Shown: positions 1 to 8,970 of the stretch, in pieces
How the letters are laid out: each line of letters begins with the position of its first letter
How positions within the stretch are numbered: the stretch's first letter is position 1
IMG/VR virus record: IMGVR_UViG_3300027914_001163
Span: 127,434 to 191,433 of that record
Source of the DNA: a virus
Taxonomy: Duplodnaviria > Caudoviricetes
DNA: 64,000 nucleotides
Reading direction: 5' to 3' (one strand)
Translations under genes and position numbers: made by a program
The notes under the pieces: model-generated
What the model saw: the letters and a program-made list of their open reading frames with translations, nothing else
What the model was told of the DNA's origin: nothing
The model's database searches: none

Positions 1-2
1 AT

Positions 3-785
3 CACTTTGAAGGAGACGTGTATGTTGCTTTCAGTGGAGGAAAAGACTCTACAGTCTTATTGCACTTGGTTAGACAGATATATCCAGACGTTGTTGGAGT
101 CTATGTTAATACCGGCCTCGAATTTCCAGAAATCAATGAGTTCGTGCAGACCATTCCAAACGTTGTCACTATCAAACCCAAGATGTCTTTCTATCAAGTC
201 ATCAAAGACTACGGTTATCCCCTGATCTCCAAAGAGCAAGCGCAGTACATTCGTCAGTACCGCACGGCCAAGAGTGAGAAGACCAAGACAACCAGAATGG
301 AAGGTAACTCATACGGCAGGGGAAAGATAAGCGAGAAGTGGAAATTCCTGGTCGATGCTCCATTTAAGATTTCAGAACAGTGCTGTGACATCATGAAAAA
401 ACGACCATCGTATGCGTTTGAAAAGAAGACCGGTCTCCATCCAATCCTCGGCGTTATGGCAGATAATTCATCCAAGCGTCACCAGGATTTCTTGAAGTAT
501 GGTTGCAACGCCTTTGAAAGTAAGCGACCAATATCCAGACCGATAGGATTCTGGACTGACGACGATATATGGGAATACATCAAGTTATACAACCTTCCCT
601 ATTGCAATATCTACGACAAAGGATACAAGAATACCGGCTGTGTCTTTTGCGCTTTTGGAATATTTCAGGGCAACAAGAAGTTTGAATTGATGGAGAAGAC
701 CCACCCGCAGTTATATAAGTATTGCATGGAGAAGTTGGGCCTGGGCGAGATGATTAAATATATTGAGAAGAGAGGAGAGATATGA
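3..785 (+). CDS. PAPS reductase / PP-loop family protein, 5'-truncated by the window edge
   Basis: PP-loop VAFSGGKDS, 'CCDIMKKRP', 'PIGFWTDDDIWEYI' and 'TGCVFC' motifs. The frame stays open upstream of the GTG at 18 (HFEGD-VYVAF). Confidence 0.85.
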   Translation, partial: HFEGDVYVAFSGGKDSTVLLHLVRQIYPDVVGVYVNTGLEFPEINEFVQTIPNVVTIKPKMSFYQVIKDYGYPLISKEQAQYIRQYRTAKSEKTKTTRMEGNSYGRGKISEKWKFLVDAPFKISEQCCDIMKKRPSYAFEKKTGLHPILGVMADNSSKRHQDFLKYGCNAFESKRPISRPIGFWTDDDIWEYIKLYNLPYCNIYDKGYKNTGCVFCAFGIFQGNKKFELMEKTHPQLYKYCMEKLGLGEMIKYIEKRGEI

Positions 786-973
786 AAATAGATTTCAGAG
801 AAGGAATGAAGTGTCTCTCGTGCGGTAAACAGAATCACTTCGGAACAATTCATTTTGGAACATACGTCACGCTTGCCAATTACTGTTGTATCTGTGGCTT
901 CGCTGCTCAACTGGCCATTCCAGAAAGAGGATACTCGATTGAATATAGGGCGGTGAAAGATGATGAAGGTTAG
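782..973 (+). CDS. Small zinc-ribbon-like hypothetical protein
   Basis: CLSC...CCIC motifs; ATGA overlap with the upstream stop. Confidence 0.55.
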   Translation: MKIDFREGMKCLSCGKQNHFGTIHFGTYVTLANYCCICGFAAQLAIPERGYSIEYRAVKDDEG

Positions 974-1329
974 AACTCTTTGAAGCGCAACTGATCATTG
1001 TCGTTGGGTATTCGAATATGCCATCCCATGTCGTAATGATTCTCAATAAAAATATAATCCATGTTTTTAAAATCTTTTCTGTACTCTTCTATGATAGGAG
1101 TAAGTTTCTCAGCCAGACCTCGTAACTGAGATTTTGCCATTCTAATCAGCATACCGCCATAGTTCTTCGCCAGGAATTCATCCGTGTAATCTTTAAATGA
1201 AATTCCCTCTGCCTTGAGAACTTTTTGAATGTCTTTATATATGACTATGGGCGTGTGTAATTCAAACGTTTGAATAGTGTTATTCTTTGATTGCTGTACG
1301 ACTGCTTCAAGATAGTTATTGAAACTCAT
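970..1329 (-). CDS. Putative internal head protein with CTS-like leader (MSFNNYLE/A)
   Basis: Leader shared with neighbours; last gene of a tightly packed minus-strand array. Confidence 0.65.
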   Translation of the reverse strand: MSFNNYLEAVVQQSKNNTIQTFELHTPIVIYKDIQKVLKAEGISFKDYTDEFLAKNYGGMLIRMAKSQLRGLAEKLTPIIEEYRKDFKNMDYIFIENHYDMGWHIRIPNDNDQLRFKEF

Positions 1330-1618
1330 TGTAATAATCCTTCACGGTAATCATTGGATCGTATGTGAACAACCCATCTTTGATATAATAGAGTGATGAC
1401 GGAGAGGCTTTGAATACAATAATGTTTCCCTGGTACTTCCCAAGATAGTGCATCTCTCCGTGTATGTCCTTTCCGCCGTATGCTTTGATAATTTCAGCAG
1501 CTTTTGTGACAATCTTATTATCCAGGAAAAGATTTTTCATATGATACGCAAAATACTTATGCGATGGTTCAGGACGTTCTTTCTGCATGGTCTCTATGTA
1601 ATAGTTTAATGTTTTCAT
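1316..1618 (-). CDS. Putative internal head protein (MKTLNYYIE/T), AVH-family domain variant
   Basis: Leader, plus the family pattern IIKAYGGKDI...IVFKASPSSL...DYY. Confidence 0.65.
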   Translation of the reverse strand: MKTLNYYIETMQKERPEPSHKYFAYHMKNLFLDNKIVTKAAEIIKAYGGKDIHGEMHYLGKYQGNIIVFKASPSSLYYIKDGLFTYDPMITVKDYYNEFQ

Positions 1619-1995
1619 TAGAAGTCGTTGTAATCTGGATTATAAAAATTTCTAAATCGTATATACGGTTTTAGTCCTGGATAATCATAATCCAGTTCGC
1701 TTTGTAAAACATTGTATATCTTTTCTCGTATAGTTTCGAGTTTGCTTTTTTGAGATTTGAATGTATACTTTATTGAAGCATAATTCTTAACAGAACTTTG
1801 CCATTGGGTATTCTCAAGTGTTACGCCTGTTGATTCTATTGCCTTTTTAATATCACGATTTATTCTTTGGACATCTTCTTGGTTATTCTTTTTAGAAAGT
1901 CCTATGATTCCAAAGTTTACAATGCAGAACCATTTATCTATTCGTTCTGTTGGAGCCTGGTGTACGGCCTCAAGATAGTCGGTAAAGGTTTTCAT
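1618..1995 (-). CDS. Putative internal head protein, AVH family (MKTFTDYLE/AVHQAP)
   Basis: Leader followed by AVHxxP; stop/start overlaps with neighbours. Confidence 0.7.
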   Translation of the reverse strand: MKTFTDYLEAVHQAPTERIDKWFCIVNFGIIGLSKKNNQEDVQRINRDIKKAIESTGVTLENTQWQSSVKNYASIKYTFKSQKSKLETIREKIYNVLQSELDYDYPGLKPYIRFRNFYNPDYNDF

Positions 1996-2399
1996 TCTTC
2001 GATTCCCTTTCTTACTGTTTCGCCTAATTCATTTTTTTGTTTTTTAAAATTCCACTCTTCTTGCGGTTTATCTCCCCAAGCCAACACTTTGTAAAGATGA
2101 TTATGATCCAATCTATCTTGAAATCTAACTTCCTTTCCTTGTACTTTATCAATCCTTAAATAATCTTGAAGTTCTTTTAGGGTTTTAATAAGTTTATTTT
2201 GAGATATTTTAATATCCAACAATGATGAAGTTTTAGTCCATTGCCTTTTTCGAATAATAACTCCATTGTTTTCTATGATTTTGATTATTTCTGAATCTGG
2301 TTCTTGAGGATGATTAAATATTAAAACTTCAACAATATATGATTGTGAACGTTCAGGTGTTTGGTGTACGGCCTCAAGATAGTCATTAAAGGTTTTCAT
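1992..2399 (-). CDS. Putative internal head protein, AVH family (MKTFNDYLE/AVHQTP)
   Basis: Start moved to the ATG at 2399, which gives the family leader. Confidence 0.7.
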   Translation of the reverse strand: MKTFNDYLEAVHQTPERSQSYIVEVLIFNHPQEPDSEIIKIIENNGVIIRKRQWTKTSSLLDIKISQNKLIKTLKELQDYLRIDKVQGKEVRFQDRLDHNHLYKVLAWGDKPQEEWNFKKQKNELGETVRKGIEE

Positions 2400-2438
2400 G
2401 CATTGTAACATTCCAATTGTTATCGTGCGACTTTTGTG

Positions 2439-2819
2439 TTATCGTACCGTATCGATTCCCGGTGTCACGTTCTTATGTGTATAATAATTAACGATCTGAA
2501 TAAAGAACTTGCTCTTGAAAGGAATTATATTACGGTCATCATTCGCAAGTTTGGTATAGATGTCATTGATCGAAGACTCCGGTGCTTTAAATGTTACCGT
2601 CTTCATTTCTCTCTTCTGCGGATCATTCTTCGAGATTACCAACTCCAGGCGTACATCCTTTCCACCGGCTTCCTCAATGATTGCTTTGAACAATGGAAAG
2701 TCTTTGACATAATTGTTGTCATAGTTGCGTTTCCCTCCCAAGTACACACGATTCGGAATGAACCATTTCTCGGCCTTGGCGGGAGTTGTATGGACAGCCT
2801 CAAGGAAGTGTTTCAACAT
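2439..2819 (-). CDS. Putative internal head protein, AVH family (MLKHFLE/AVHTTP)
   Basis: Leader, plus IIEEAGGKDV...TFKAPESSI...NYY. Confidence 0.7.
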   Translation of the reverse strand: MLKHFLEAVHTTPAKAEKWFIPNRVYLGGKRNYDNNYVKDFPLFKAIIEEAGGKDVRLELVISKNDPQKREMKTVTFKAPESSINDIYTKLANDDRNIIPFKSKFFIQIVNYYTHKNVTPGIDTVR

Positions 2820-2820
2820 A

Positions 2821-4533
2821 TTAATCGTACCATGCTTCTATATTTACCGGACGATCAAGAAAAGAAGTAAGATAAATTCGAATATCTTCAATCTTGTCCT
2901 TCGGCAGTTTGATCTTGATTACCGGCTCCAGATAGGTTGAATGTAAAGTCGTGCTCGGAAAGGCATCGTCCGTATTGATATGATAATCAGCTTTTAAATG
3001 TTCGAGCACTTCCTCCAGGTCTTTATCACATTTTTCCTGGGCGTATTGATACCATTGCTCGTCCATCTTAATAAATGTTCTGCGCCATTTAATCTCATAC
3101 ATCTCCAATCGTGAAGGTGTTGCGTGGACTGCTTCGAGAAAACCTTTTTTCTTTAGTTCTCTGGTACGGTTAAACCAAGTAAGCAATTGAGTTTGGTCAG
3201 TGTAATAATTTCTTATCACCATATCAATATCTGGAATGCCCAATAACTTTTCGATTTTCTTGCCAACCAATATTCCAATACGCTCTGGATTATCTTGATA
3301 TTGCTTTGATGGACTCGTTTTAAACAACACCACCAAATAATCTTTCATATGTTCATAGTCATAATCAATGACCTTGACGTTGTTCTGTTCCAACGTTTTA
3401 ATTATTGTTTCGGTTATCTTCTTTCTTTTTTTCGCATCAGGTTCATGCCAGTGAGTGTAATAGAGATTCGCTTTCTCAGGCGCAGGAACAGAATGAACCG
3501 CTTCATTGTATCGTTTATCCTGTTGTTCCTTCAGTTGTTTCTTCTTATGATAATCGTAGTATTCCTGGACTGCGTGAACGTTGACGTGTATCTTAAACGA
3601 GTTAATGGTAAATGAATAGAATGCTTTCTCCACGGCGGCAGTAATATCTTTCACCTTCTGTTCAGGAGCCTTAAACGATGTTCTCCCGACTTCTTTCCAT
3701 AGACCCCCAATCCTCTCGGTACTTTCTTCTGTTTGAATATCTTTAGCATCTTGGCGTTTCAATATGAACTCCAGGCGTTCCTTGACTCGTTTATTGCTTT
3801 CTCTACCCATTGTTTCAAATTGAATCATCCACTTCTTTATAGACCCCGGTGCTGAGTGAACTGCTTCATGTATGGGGATTTCTTTGATGAGTTTTGGATT
3901 TTTGAATATTCCATTCTCGTGATACAGAGATACAAGCCTCATCTTATATCCAAACTTCTTATACAACAATTCTTCCAACTCTATGATCTTCTCTTTCGGC
4001 ATTTTCAATATGGCATAGTCATAGGTTTTCTTTGGCTCCGAGAAAGAACGCTCATCCTCGAAACGTTTAACCTCGACGTTCTTACAATAATCGATTGTCT
4101 TCAGATAATTAACGACAGACTCCGGACCTATACCGCTGCCGTACCAATACTCCACATAGAAGTTTTCCAGTTTGTTGACAACCGGATGTACTGCTTCATT
4201 GATTGGAATATCGGACTCTTTCATCTTGTGAAATGCGCCAGGTCCATAAATGTCTTCCAAGGCCATGTGTGTATCGCCAAATCTTTTGTTGAGTTCTTCT
4301 TCGATTTCTTTTATCTTTGTTTCAGGGACTCGCAACACAACCAGGTCAAATCGGTACTGCGGTTTATTCGGCACGGTAAATCTTCTCACCCGAACATCCT
4401 TGCAGTCTTTTATATTCTTGAGTTCTTTGGCTATATCATACAGGTCAAGCGCAACAGGATAATTGGTAACGATCACTCGTTTCCATACTTTATCTGAAGC
4501 CTGATGTACCGCTTCGAGAAAATTATTCAGCAT
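2821..4533 (-). CDS. Five-unit AVH-family polyprotein, putative internal head protein
   Basis: Start at ATG 4533 with a GGAG RBS (MLNNFLE/AVH). Internal INEAVH, IHEAVH, YNEAVH and FLEAVH occur every ~110-125 aa. Confidence 0.75.
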   Translation of the reverse strand: MLNNFLEAVHQASDKVWKRVIVTNYPVALDLYDIAKELKNIKDCKDVRVRRFTVPNKPQYRFDLVVLRVPETKIKEIEEELNKRFGDTHMALEDIYGPGAFHKMKESDIPINEAVHPVVNKLENFYVEYWYGSGIGPESVVNYLKTIDYCKNVEVKRFEDERSFSEPKKTYDYAILKMPKEKIIELEELLYKKFGYKMRLVSLYHENGIFKNPKLIKEIPIHEAVHSAPGSIKKWMIQFETMGRESNKRVKERLEFILKRQDAKDIQTEESTERIGGLWKEVGRTSFKAPEQKVKDITAAVEKAFYSFTINSFKIHVNVHAVQEYYDYHKKKQLKEQQDKRYNEAVHSVPAPEKANLYYTHWHEPDAKKRKKITETIIKTLEQNNVKVIDYDYEHMKDYLVVLFKTSPSKQYQDNPERIGILVGKKIEKLLGIPDIDMVIRNYYTDQTQLLTWFNRTRELKKKGFLEAVHATPSRLEMYEIKWRRTFIKMDEQWYQYAQEKCDKDLEEVLEHLKADYHINTDDAFPSTTLHSTYLEPVIKIKLPKDKIEDIRIYLTSFLDRPVNIEAWYD

Positions 4534-4930
4534 CTTTCTTCTTCTCCGCATACCATGTTTTATTTCTCTCGTAAACCAGTTCATTGGTATAATAGTCACA
4601 GATGCCAAACCAAGTTCGCATCTCTTTAATTACTTCCATGTTAGCCAGGTAATCCCACTTCTTTCCCAAGTTGATCGTGTTCCTGATATTAACTTCAATT
4701 TGTTGAAAGATTGAAGGATGACCATTAAATACAATGATCACACTATTCTTGCCGCTATTCGCCTTTACTGAACGTGCCTCTTCTTGAAGATTGGTTCCTC
4801 CGGCCTTCTTGATGGCTCTCTTCATAATGCCGACGATAGCATTCATATGAATATTATCATAACTGAAAAGATAATATCGCTTCTTGGTAGAGGGCGTGTT
4901 ATGAATTGCTTCGAGATACACGTTAAGCAT
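4523..4930 (-). CDS. Putative internal head protein, AVH family (MLNVYLE/AIHNTP)
   Basis: Leader, plus AIKKAGG...IVFNGHPSIF...DYY. Confidence 0.7.
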   Translation of the reverse strand: MLNVYLEAIHNTPSTKKRYYLFSYDNIHMNAIVGIMKRAIKKAGGTNLQEEARSVKANSGKNSVIIVFNGHPSIFQQIEVNIRNTINLGKKWDYLANMEVIKEMRTWFGICDYYTNELVYERNKTWYAEKKKDAE

Positions 4931-5279
4931 CTTTCTCTCCTGATTTTTCTTTTACTGATGAATGACGGCTGAATACCCAATCTTGCTTGTTGTATTTTCT
5001 ATATGCTTGAAATATTACTCTTATTGGAAGAAATGTTAATAATGCTTCTCTAACTCTTTCTAAAGAAGGAGGATCAATTTTAAATGAATATATTGCTCCT
5101 CCTCTCATACTCCAACCTACATAACTTGCATTATCCTTACCGCAGATATTTTCAAGGACTTCAACAATTTGATCATCTGTTATGTTTCCTATATGATCGG
5201 TATCTATCCAGAGTTCATACTGCTCGACAGGTTTGGGCGTTGTGTGTACCGCTTCGAGATAATGTTTAAATGTTTTCAT
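4923..5279 (-). CDS. Putative internal head protein, AVH family (MKTFKHYLE/AVHTTP)
   Basis: Leader motif. Confidence 0.7.
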   Translation of the reverse strand: MKTFKHYLEAVHTTPKPVEQYELWIDTDHIGNITDDQIVEVLENICGKDNASYVGWSMRGGAIYSFKIDPPSLERVREALLTFLPIRVIFQAYRKYNKQDWVFSRHSSVKEKSGEKDA

Positions 5280-5726
5280 TTATTTTCTTAATGCCTTACG
5301 ATATTCTTTTTGATATTTGAATATTTGAGTCCAATTAACTTTATCTTTCATTTCAATAATAAAATTTTTAGACATTTGAACATTTTTTGATACGACATTC
5401 CAATCAACAAAGTCTTTAAAATCTCGAATGAAGTCTTCAGGTAAAGTATAATAGGTGCAAAAGGTAGTCCAATCCATATTGTAAACATCATATGATCTAA
5501 AAGGAATGATTTCGGGTATAGTATCTTCCGAGGATTTAAAAAATATAATTCTGCCATTATCATATGTTTTAAGAACTTTCCCACCGCTTTTACCAAGAAG
5601 TATCAGTGCTTTGTTTTTCCAATAGATGTCCTCGTTTTTATTGTTGCTACTTGATACCATAATAAACTTTTTTGTTTTTTCTGGAACCTGGTGAACTGCC
5701 TCAAGATAATGTTTAAATGTTTTCAT
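5280..5726 (-). CDS. AVH-family protein with C-terminal tryptophan-repeat module
   Basis: MKTFKHYLE/AVHQVP; repeats LPEDFIRDFKDFVDW / MSKNFIIEMKDKVNW. Confidence 0.7.
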   Translation of the reverse strand: MKTFKHYLEAVHQVPEKTKKFIMVSSSNNKNEDIYWKNKALILLGKSGGKVLKTYDNGRIIFFKSSEDTIPEIIPFRSYDVYNMDWTTFCTYYTLPEDFIRDFKDFVDWNVVSKNVQMSKNFIIEMKDKVNWTQIFKYQKEYRKALRK

Positions 5727-6192
5727 TGTTCTTCCGTGCCAGGTCTTTAATCTTCTTATACGTTTCAGGCTTCATCTTGAGTTTGTACCGGATCATAACG
5801 TCTTCAGCAAACTGTCCCATATCAAAAAACAATTGTGAGACTTTTCCTTTAGGTTCAGGAATCAGTTGTTCACCGTTGTAGTAATCGAATATCAAGGTAT
5901 AATCCATTTCAGGCACGGTCGTAATTGCATTAAACAAATTATACAATATCGACCTGGGACATTTGATGATATACACAAAGAACCGTCCGTCACCAATTGA
6001 ATATTCTTTTAATCTTCCAGAGCCGTAATGATCAGTAACTTCATACCTGAGAACTTCGGCCTTGTATTCATCCAACTTATGCTTAACCTGTGGAATACCG
6101 GCAGCATCATGACACACACAGGAGATGACATACTTCTCCATTCTCTCTGGAGCCTGGTGTACGGCCTCAAGATAATAATCAAATGTTTTCAT
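5713..6192 (-). CDS. Putative internal head protein, AVH family (MKTFDYYLE/AVHQAP)
   Basis: Leader motif; IIKCPRSIL...FDYY. Confidence 0.7.
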   Translation of the reverse strand: MKTFDYYLEAVHQAPERMEKYVISCVCHDAAGIPQVKHKLDEYKAEVLRYEVTDHYGSGRLKEYSIGDGRFFVYIIKCPRSILYNLFNAITTVPEMDYTLIFDYYNGEQLIPEPKGKVSQLFFDMGQFAEDVMIRYKLKMKPETYKKIKDLARKNNENI

Positions 6193-6671
6193 TAGTCAGT
6201 ATCCAAATGATTATATTTATATTTAAACGACAGGGATACGTCTTGATAGCGCAGGATGTTATGCCAATCTACTTTATCTTTAAACTTCAAGATAAACTTC
6301 TCAGACATCTTACTGTATTTTGAAACAGAAGACCAATCAACGAAATCTTTGAAATCTCGAATGAATGATTCCGGCAGCTCCCAATCACTACAGAACTGTT
6401 TCCAATCCATTGTATATATATCATCGCAATCACCAAAAAGATAATCTTCAGGGGCGAGATTGGAAGGACATTTAAAAAATATAATCGTTCCATTATCTGC
6501 ATCTGCGCTTTTATATATCTTTAGTATTTCACTATTGGGAATTGATTTGATTTCTTGGAGAACTGAATCTCTTGTCTCTTCTTGCAAATCAAACGCTATG
6601 GTAATATATTTTTTAAATTTATCTGCTTGTACCTTGTGGACTGCTTCGAGATAATAATTAAACGTTCGCAT
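6192..6671 (-). CDS. AVH-family protein with tryptophan-repeat module, paralog of 5280-5726
   Basis: Start ATG 6671 gives MRTFNYYLE/AVH; repeats LPESFIRDFKDFVDW / MSEKFILKFKDKVDW. Confidence 0.7.
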   Translation of the reverse strand: MRTFNYYLEAVHKVQADKFKKYITIAFDLQEETRDSVLQEIKSIPNSEILKIYKSADADNGTIIFFKCPSNLAPEDYLFGDCDDIYTMDWKQFCSDWELPESFIRDFKDFVDWSSVSKYSKMSEKFILKFKDKVDWHNILRYQDVSLSFKYKYNHLDTD

Positions 6672-7446
6672 TATATATTTCTCCATTATCATACAAACGA
6701 TATACCGTATTATGAGTTCTGTCGTTTACTATATCAATAAATACGCCAGAAGAACGTTGCTCTTTGTCTTTTATTATTTGTTTAAGGAGATAATAAACTT
6801 TTTTATCAGACGTTTTGAGTCGTATTCTTGTTTGCATTCCTTGTTGTGATTCCTCTGTTATTTCAATATTGGAATGTTTTATGATTTGAATAATATGAGA
6901 GATAATATTTTCCAAATGATACTTAGCGACTACAGAACTATTGAAATAAACTTTTAAAAGATATTCTCTTTTCTGTTCCGGCTCAGTATGCACGGCCTCC
7001 AGGAAGATGTCAGGAATCTCTTCATCGGCCACCAGTTTCTTTGTATGAACCAATGTCACCGGCACTGCGCTGATAATGTCCGAAGGTTCAACTGTTCCAA
7101 CCTTTTTATACCATACGCCCTTGTTGCCAGCTTGAGACAATGGATCGTTTGTATCAACGACCCATTTGCCAGTCTTCTTGAATTTGATTATTGAAATCTT
7201 TCCGCTGCCGACTTCCTGGTTAAGACTCCAATCCATTCGAGCTGCCCACTGGATTGCATCTCGTTGGTGTTCGAATGCGTAAATCTCTCCCTTGCCGTAG
7301 CGTGTGAAATCTCCCTTAACCCAATTACTTGTCTGCATCATGACCAAGCCCTTCTTCTTGATCTTTGGAACATTGGAAGTTTTGGTTACATGATACAGAT
7401 ATTGTTCCTTGCCTTTAACGGCAGCTTCAAGATAATATTTAAGCAT
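6658..7446 (-). CDS. Two-unit protein: ADP-ribosyltransferase-like (Tpt1/KptA/DarT-type) domain plus AVH domain
   Basis: MLKYYLE/A leader; YLYHVT...VPKIKKKGL and GEIYAF motifs; internal IFLE/AVHTEP. Confidence 0.6.
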   Translation of the reverse strand: MLKYYLEAAVKGKEQYLYHVTKTSNVPKIKKKGLVMMQTSNWVKGDFTRYGKGEIYAFEHQRDAIQWAARMDWSLNQEVGSGKISIIKFKKTGKWVVDTNDPLSQAGNKGVWYKKVGTVEPSDIISAVPVTLVHTKKLVADEEIPDIFLEAVHTEPEQKREYLLKVYFNSSVVAKYHLENIISHIIQIIKHSNIEITEESQQGMQTRIRLKTSDKKVYYLLKQIIKDKEQRSSGVFIDIVNDRTHNTVYRLYDNGEIYNANV

Positions 7447-7447
7447 C

Positions 7448-7876
7448 TTAAAAATATCCTAACACGTTCAATATGCAAAGGAGTTCGACGTATCCTTTTT
7501 CTTTTATTATATTAACAACTTCTTCAGGAATGTTCTCAATTTCTCTGTAGTAAAGAAAGACAAAGAGATTATACATATAGACTATGATCATCTCTTTGTC
7601 CATCGGGGTCTCACCATCGAGAAAGTTTTGAGACACTTTCCAATTTATATTCTGCACGTACTCATCATGTTGATTCATAAGCCATTCAGCAAACTCTTGG
7701 GGCGTTGCAGTCTGGAGCCATTTCTTTTCTGCTTTGATGGCTTCCATAGTTTTCTCCATCTCTGTCTTTCGTTTGCGCTCTTTCTCCAATAACTCAGGGG
7801 GAATCTTTTGAATTTCATCATCGATTTGTTTGCGAACCTCCTTGAGTAATCGTTTGTTTGATTTTGGTCTCTGCAT
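7448..7876 (-). CDS. Hypothetical protein
   Basis: 142-aa ORF abutting the next gene. Confidence 0.6.
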   Translation of the reverse strand: MQRPKSNKRLLKEVRKQIDDEIQKIPPELLEKERKRKTEMEKTMEAIKAEKKWLQTATPQEFAEWLMNQHDEYVQNINWKVSQNFLDGETPMDKEMIIVYMYNLFVFLYYREIENIPEEVVNIIKEKGYVELLCILNVLGYF

Positions 7877-7944
7877 TGGTCCCTGCCTTTAGGATATTGT
7901 GAATAGGTAAACTAATAGTTTACATTCTAAGAAAATTCTATAAT

Positions 7945-8196
7945 CTACTTCTGCAACACGATTGACTGCACATCACCCAGGCTGATCTCCGTCTCAGAAT
8001 TCTCTTGGCGTATCACTATCGCCTTCTTGCCAATCAACACCACGGACTGCGTAACCGGAATAACATCACCGGTCTTCAACACTATCGTTCCGTTCATTGA
8101 GTACGTCTTCATGCAGCTCCAGGCCATCAACGCAACTGCCACGCACACAACGACCACGGCCACCCCTCCCAACTTCAGTTTCGTTACAAACTTCAT
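7945..8196 (-). CDS. Small membrane-anchored or lipoprotein-like protein
   Basis: N-terminal hydrophobic stretch ending AWSC; GGAGG RBS. Confidence 0.55.
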   Translation of the reverse strand: MKFVTKLKLGGVAVVVVCVAVALMAWSCMKTYSMNGTIVLKTGDVIPVTQSVVLIGKKAIVIRQENSETEISLGDVQSIVLQK

Positions 8197-8677
8197 CGAA
8201 TGTTTCCTCCTTCAAATCTTTAAACATGTGAAATGATAAGTCATGATCGCCATAGTAACCGTACAATACTTCATCCACTTCGAATCCGACACTCAGGTAT
8301 AGTTTGAATGCGTGAACGTTTCGACATGCTACATTTAGAGTTATTTGTTTAAATTTTTTTTCCTGGTAATATTTCAGAACATATTCCAATACCGCACGTC
8401 CGAATCCTTGGGACCTTCGAGCCGGTTGAATGCCGAGATTGATCAAGTCTATACTGCGTTTGAATCTGTGAATGCCGTAATATGCGATGAGTTGTCTGTA
8501 CCGGTTCAGGATTACAAAGTGCGAATGTTTCTTGAGTTCGATGGTGAAAAGCCTTCTGGTATAGGTCAAATTTTCAGGAAAGGAACGTTTTTCGATTGAC
8601 AGGATTTCAGGCATGTGTTTGTATTGACACAGTTCGATAGAGTAAATTTGGCCTTTATGCAGTAGTTCTCCGATCAT
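8066..8677 (-). CDS. GNAT (RimI-like) acetyltransferase
   Basis: IEKRSF, NLGIQPARRSQGFGRAVL (acetyl-CoA motif A), LNV...NVHAFKLY...GF, GYY. Confidence 0.85.
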   Translation of the reverse strand: MIGELLHKGQIYSIELCQYKHMPEILSIEKRSFPENLTYTRRLFTIELKKHSHFVILNRYRQLIAYYGIHRFKRSIDLINLGIQPARRSQGFGRAVLEYVLKYYQEKKFKQITLNVACRNVHAFKLYLSVGFEVDEVLYGYYGDHDLSFHMFKDLKEETFDEVCNETEVGRGGRGRCVRGSCVDGLELHEDVLNERNDSVEDR

Positions 8678-8790
8678 ATAGATATATTCATGTTCGGAGA
8701 GAAATCGTCAGCGCATTTACTTACTGTGGAGAAAACAAATCTCGAAATCTGGCAATAGTCAGATACAACAATTATCGGAGGAAGTCGAAT

Positions 8791-8970
8791 ATGACGATTT
8801 CAAAACAAATGCAGAAACAGATTGTAAATCTGTACAAAGGAACAAAAACGTCCAAAGGCATGAGGAACGCACGGAAGATCGCTCAAACTCTCAATCTGCC
8901 ACGGCGCAAAGTCATGGCATATCTGACCGAGCAAAAGATCGCCAGGTACTCGTCAGGATCGTTTCTGTAA
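8791..8970 (+). CDS. 59-aa basic HTH-like protein, missing from the ORF track
   Basis: GGAGG RBS; MTISKQMQKQIVNLYKG...NARKIAQTLNLPRRKVMAYL...; followed by a terminator. Confidence 0.7.
   Translation: MTISKQMQKQIVNLYKGTKTSKGMRNARKIAQTLNLPRRKVMAYLTEQKIARYSSGSFL

Noticed and set aside
970-7446. Recurrent ~25-30-bp sequences as a possible CRISPR array or integron attC sites
   Set aside because: The repeats are degenerate, lie inside coding 5' ends and are 300-500 bp apart. They are not palindromic, and no cas or integrase gene is present.
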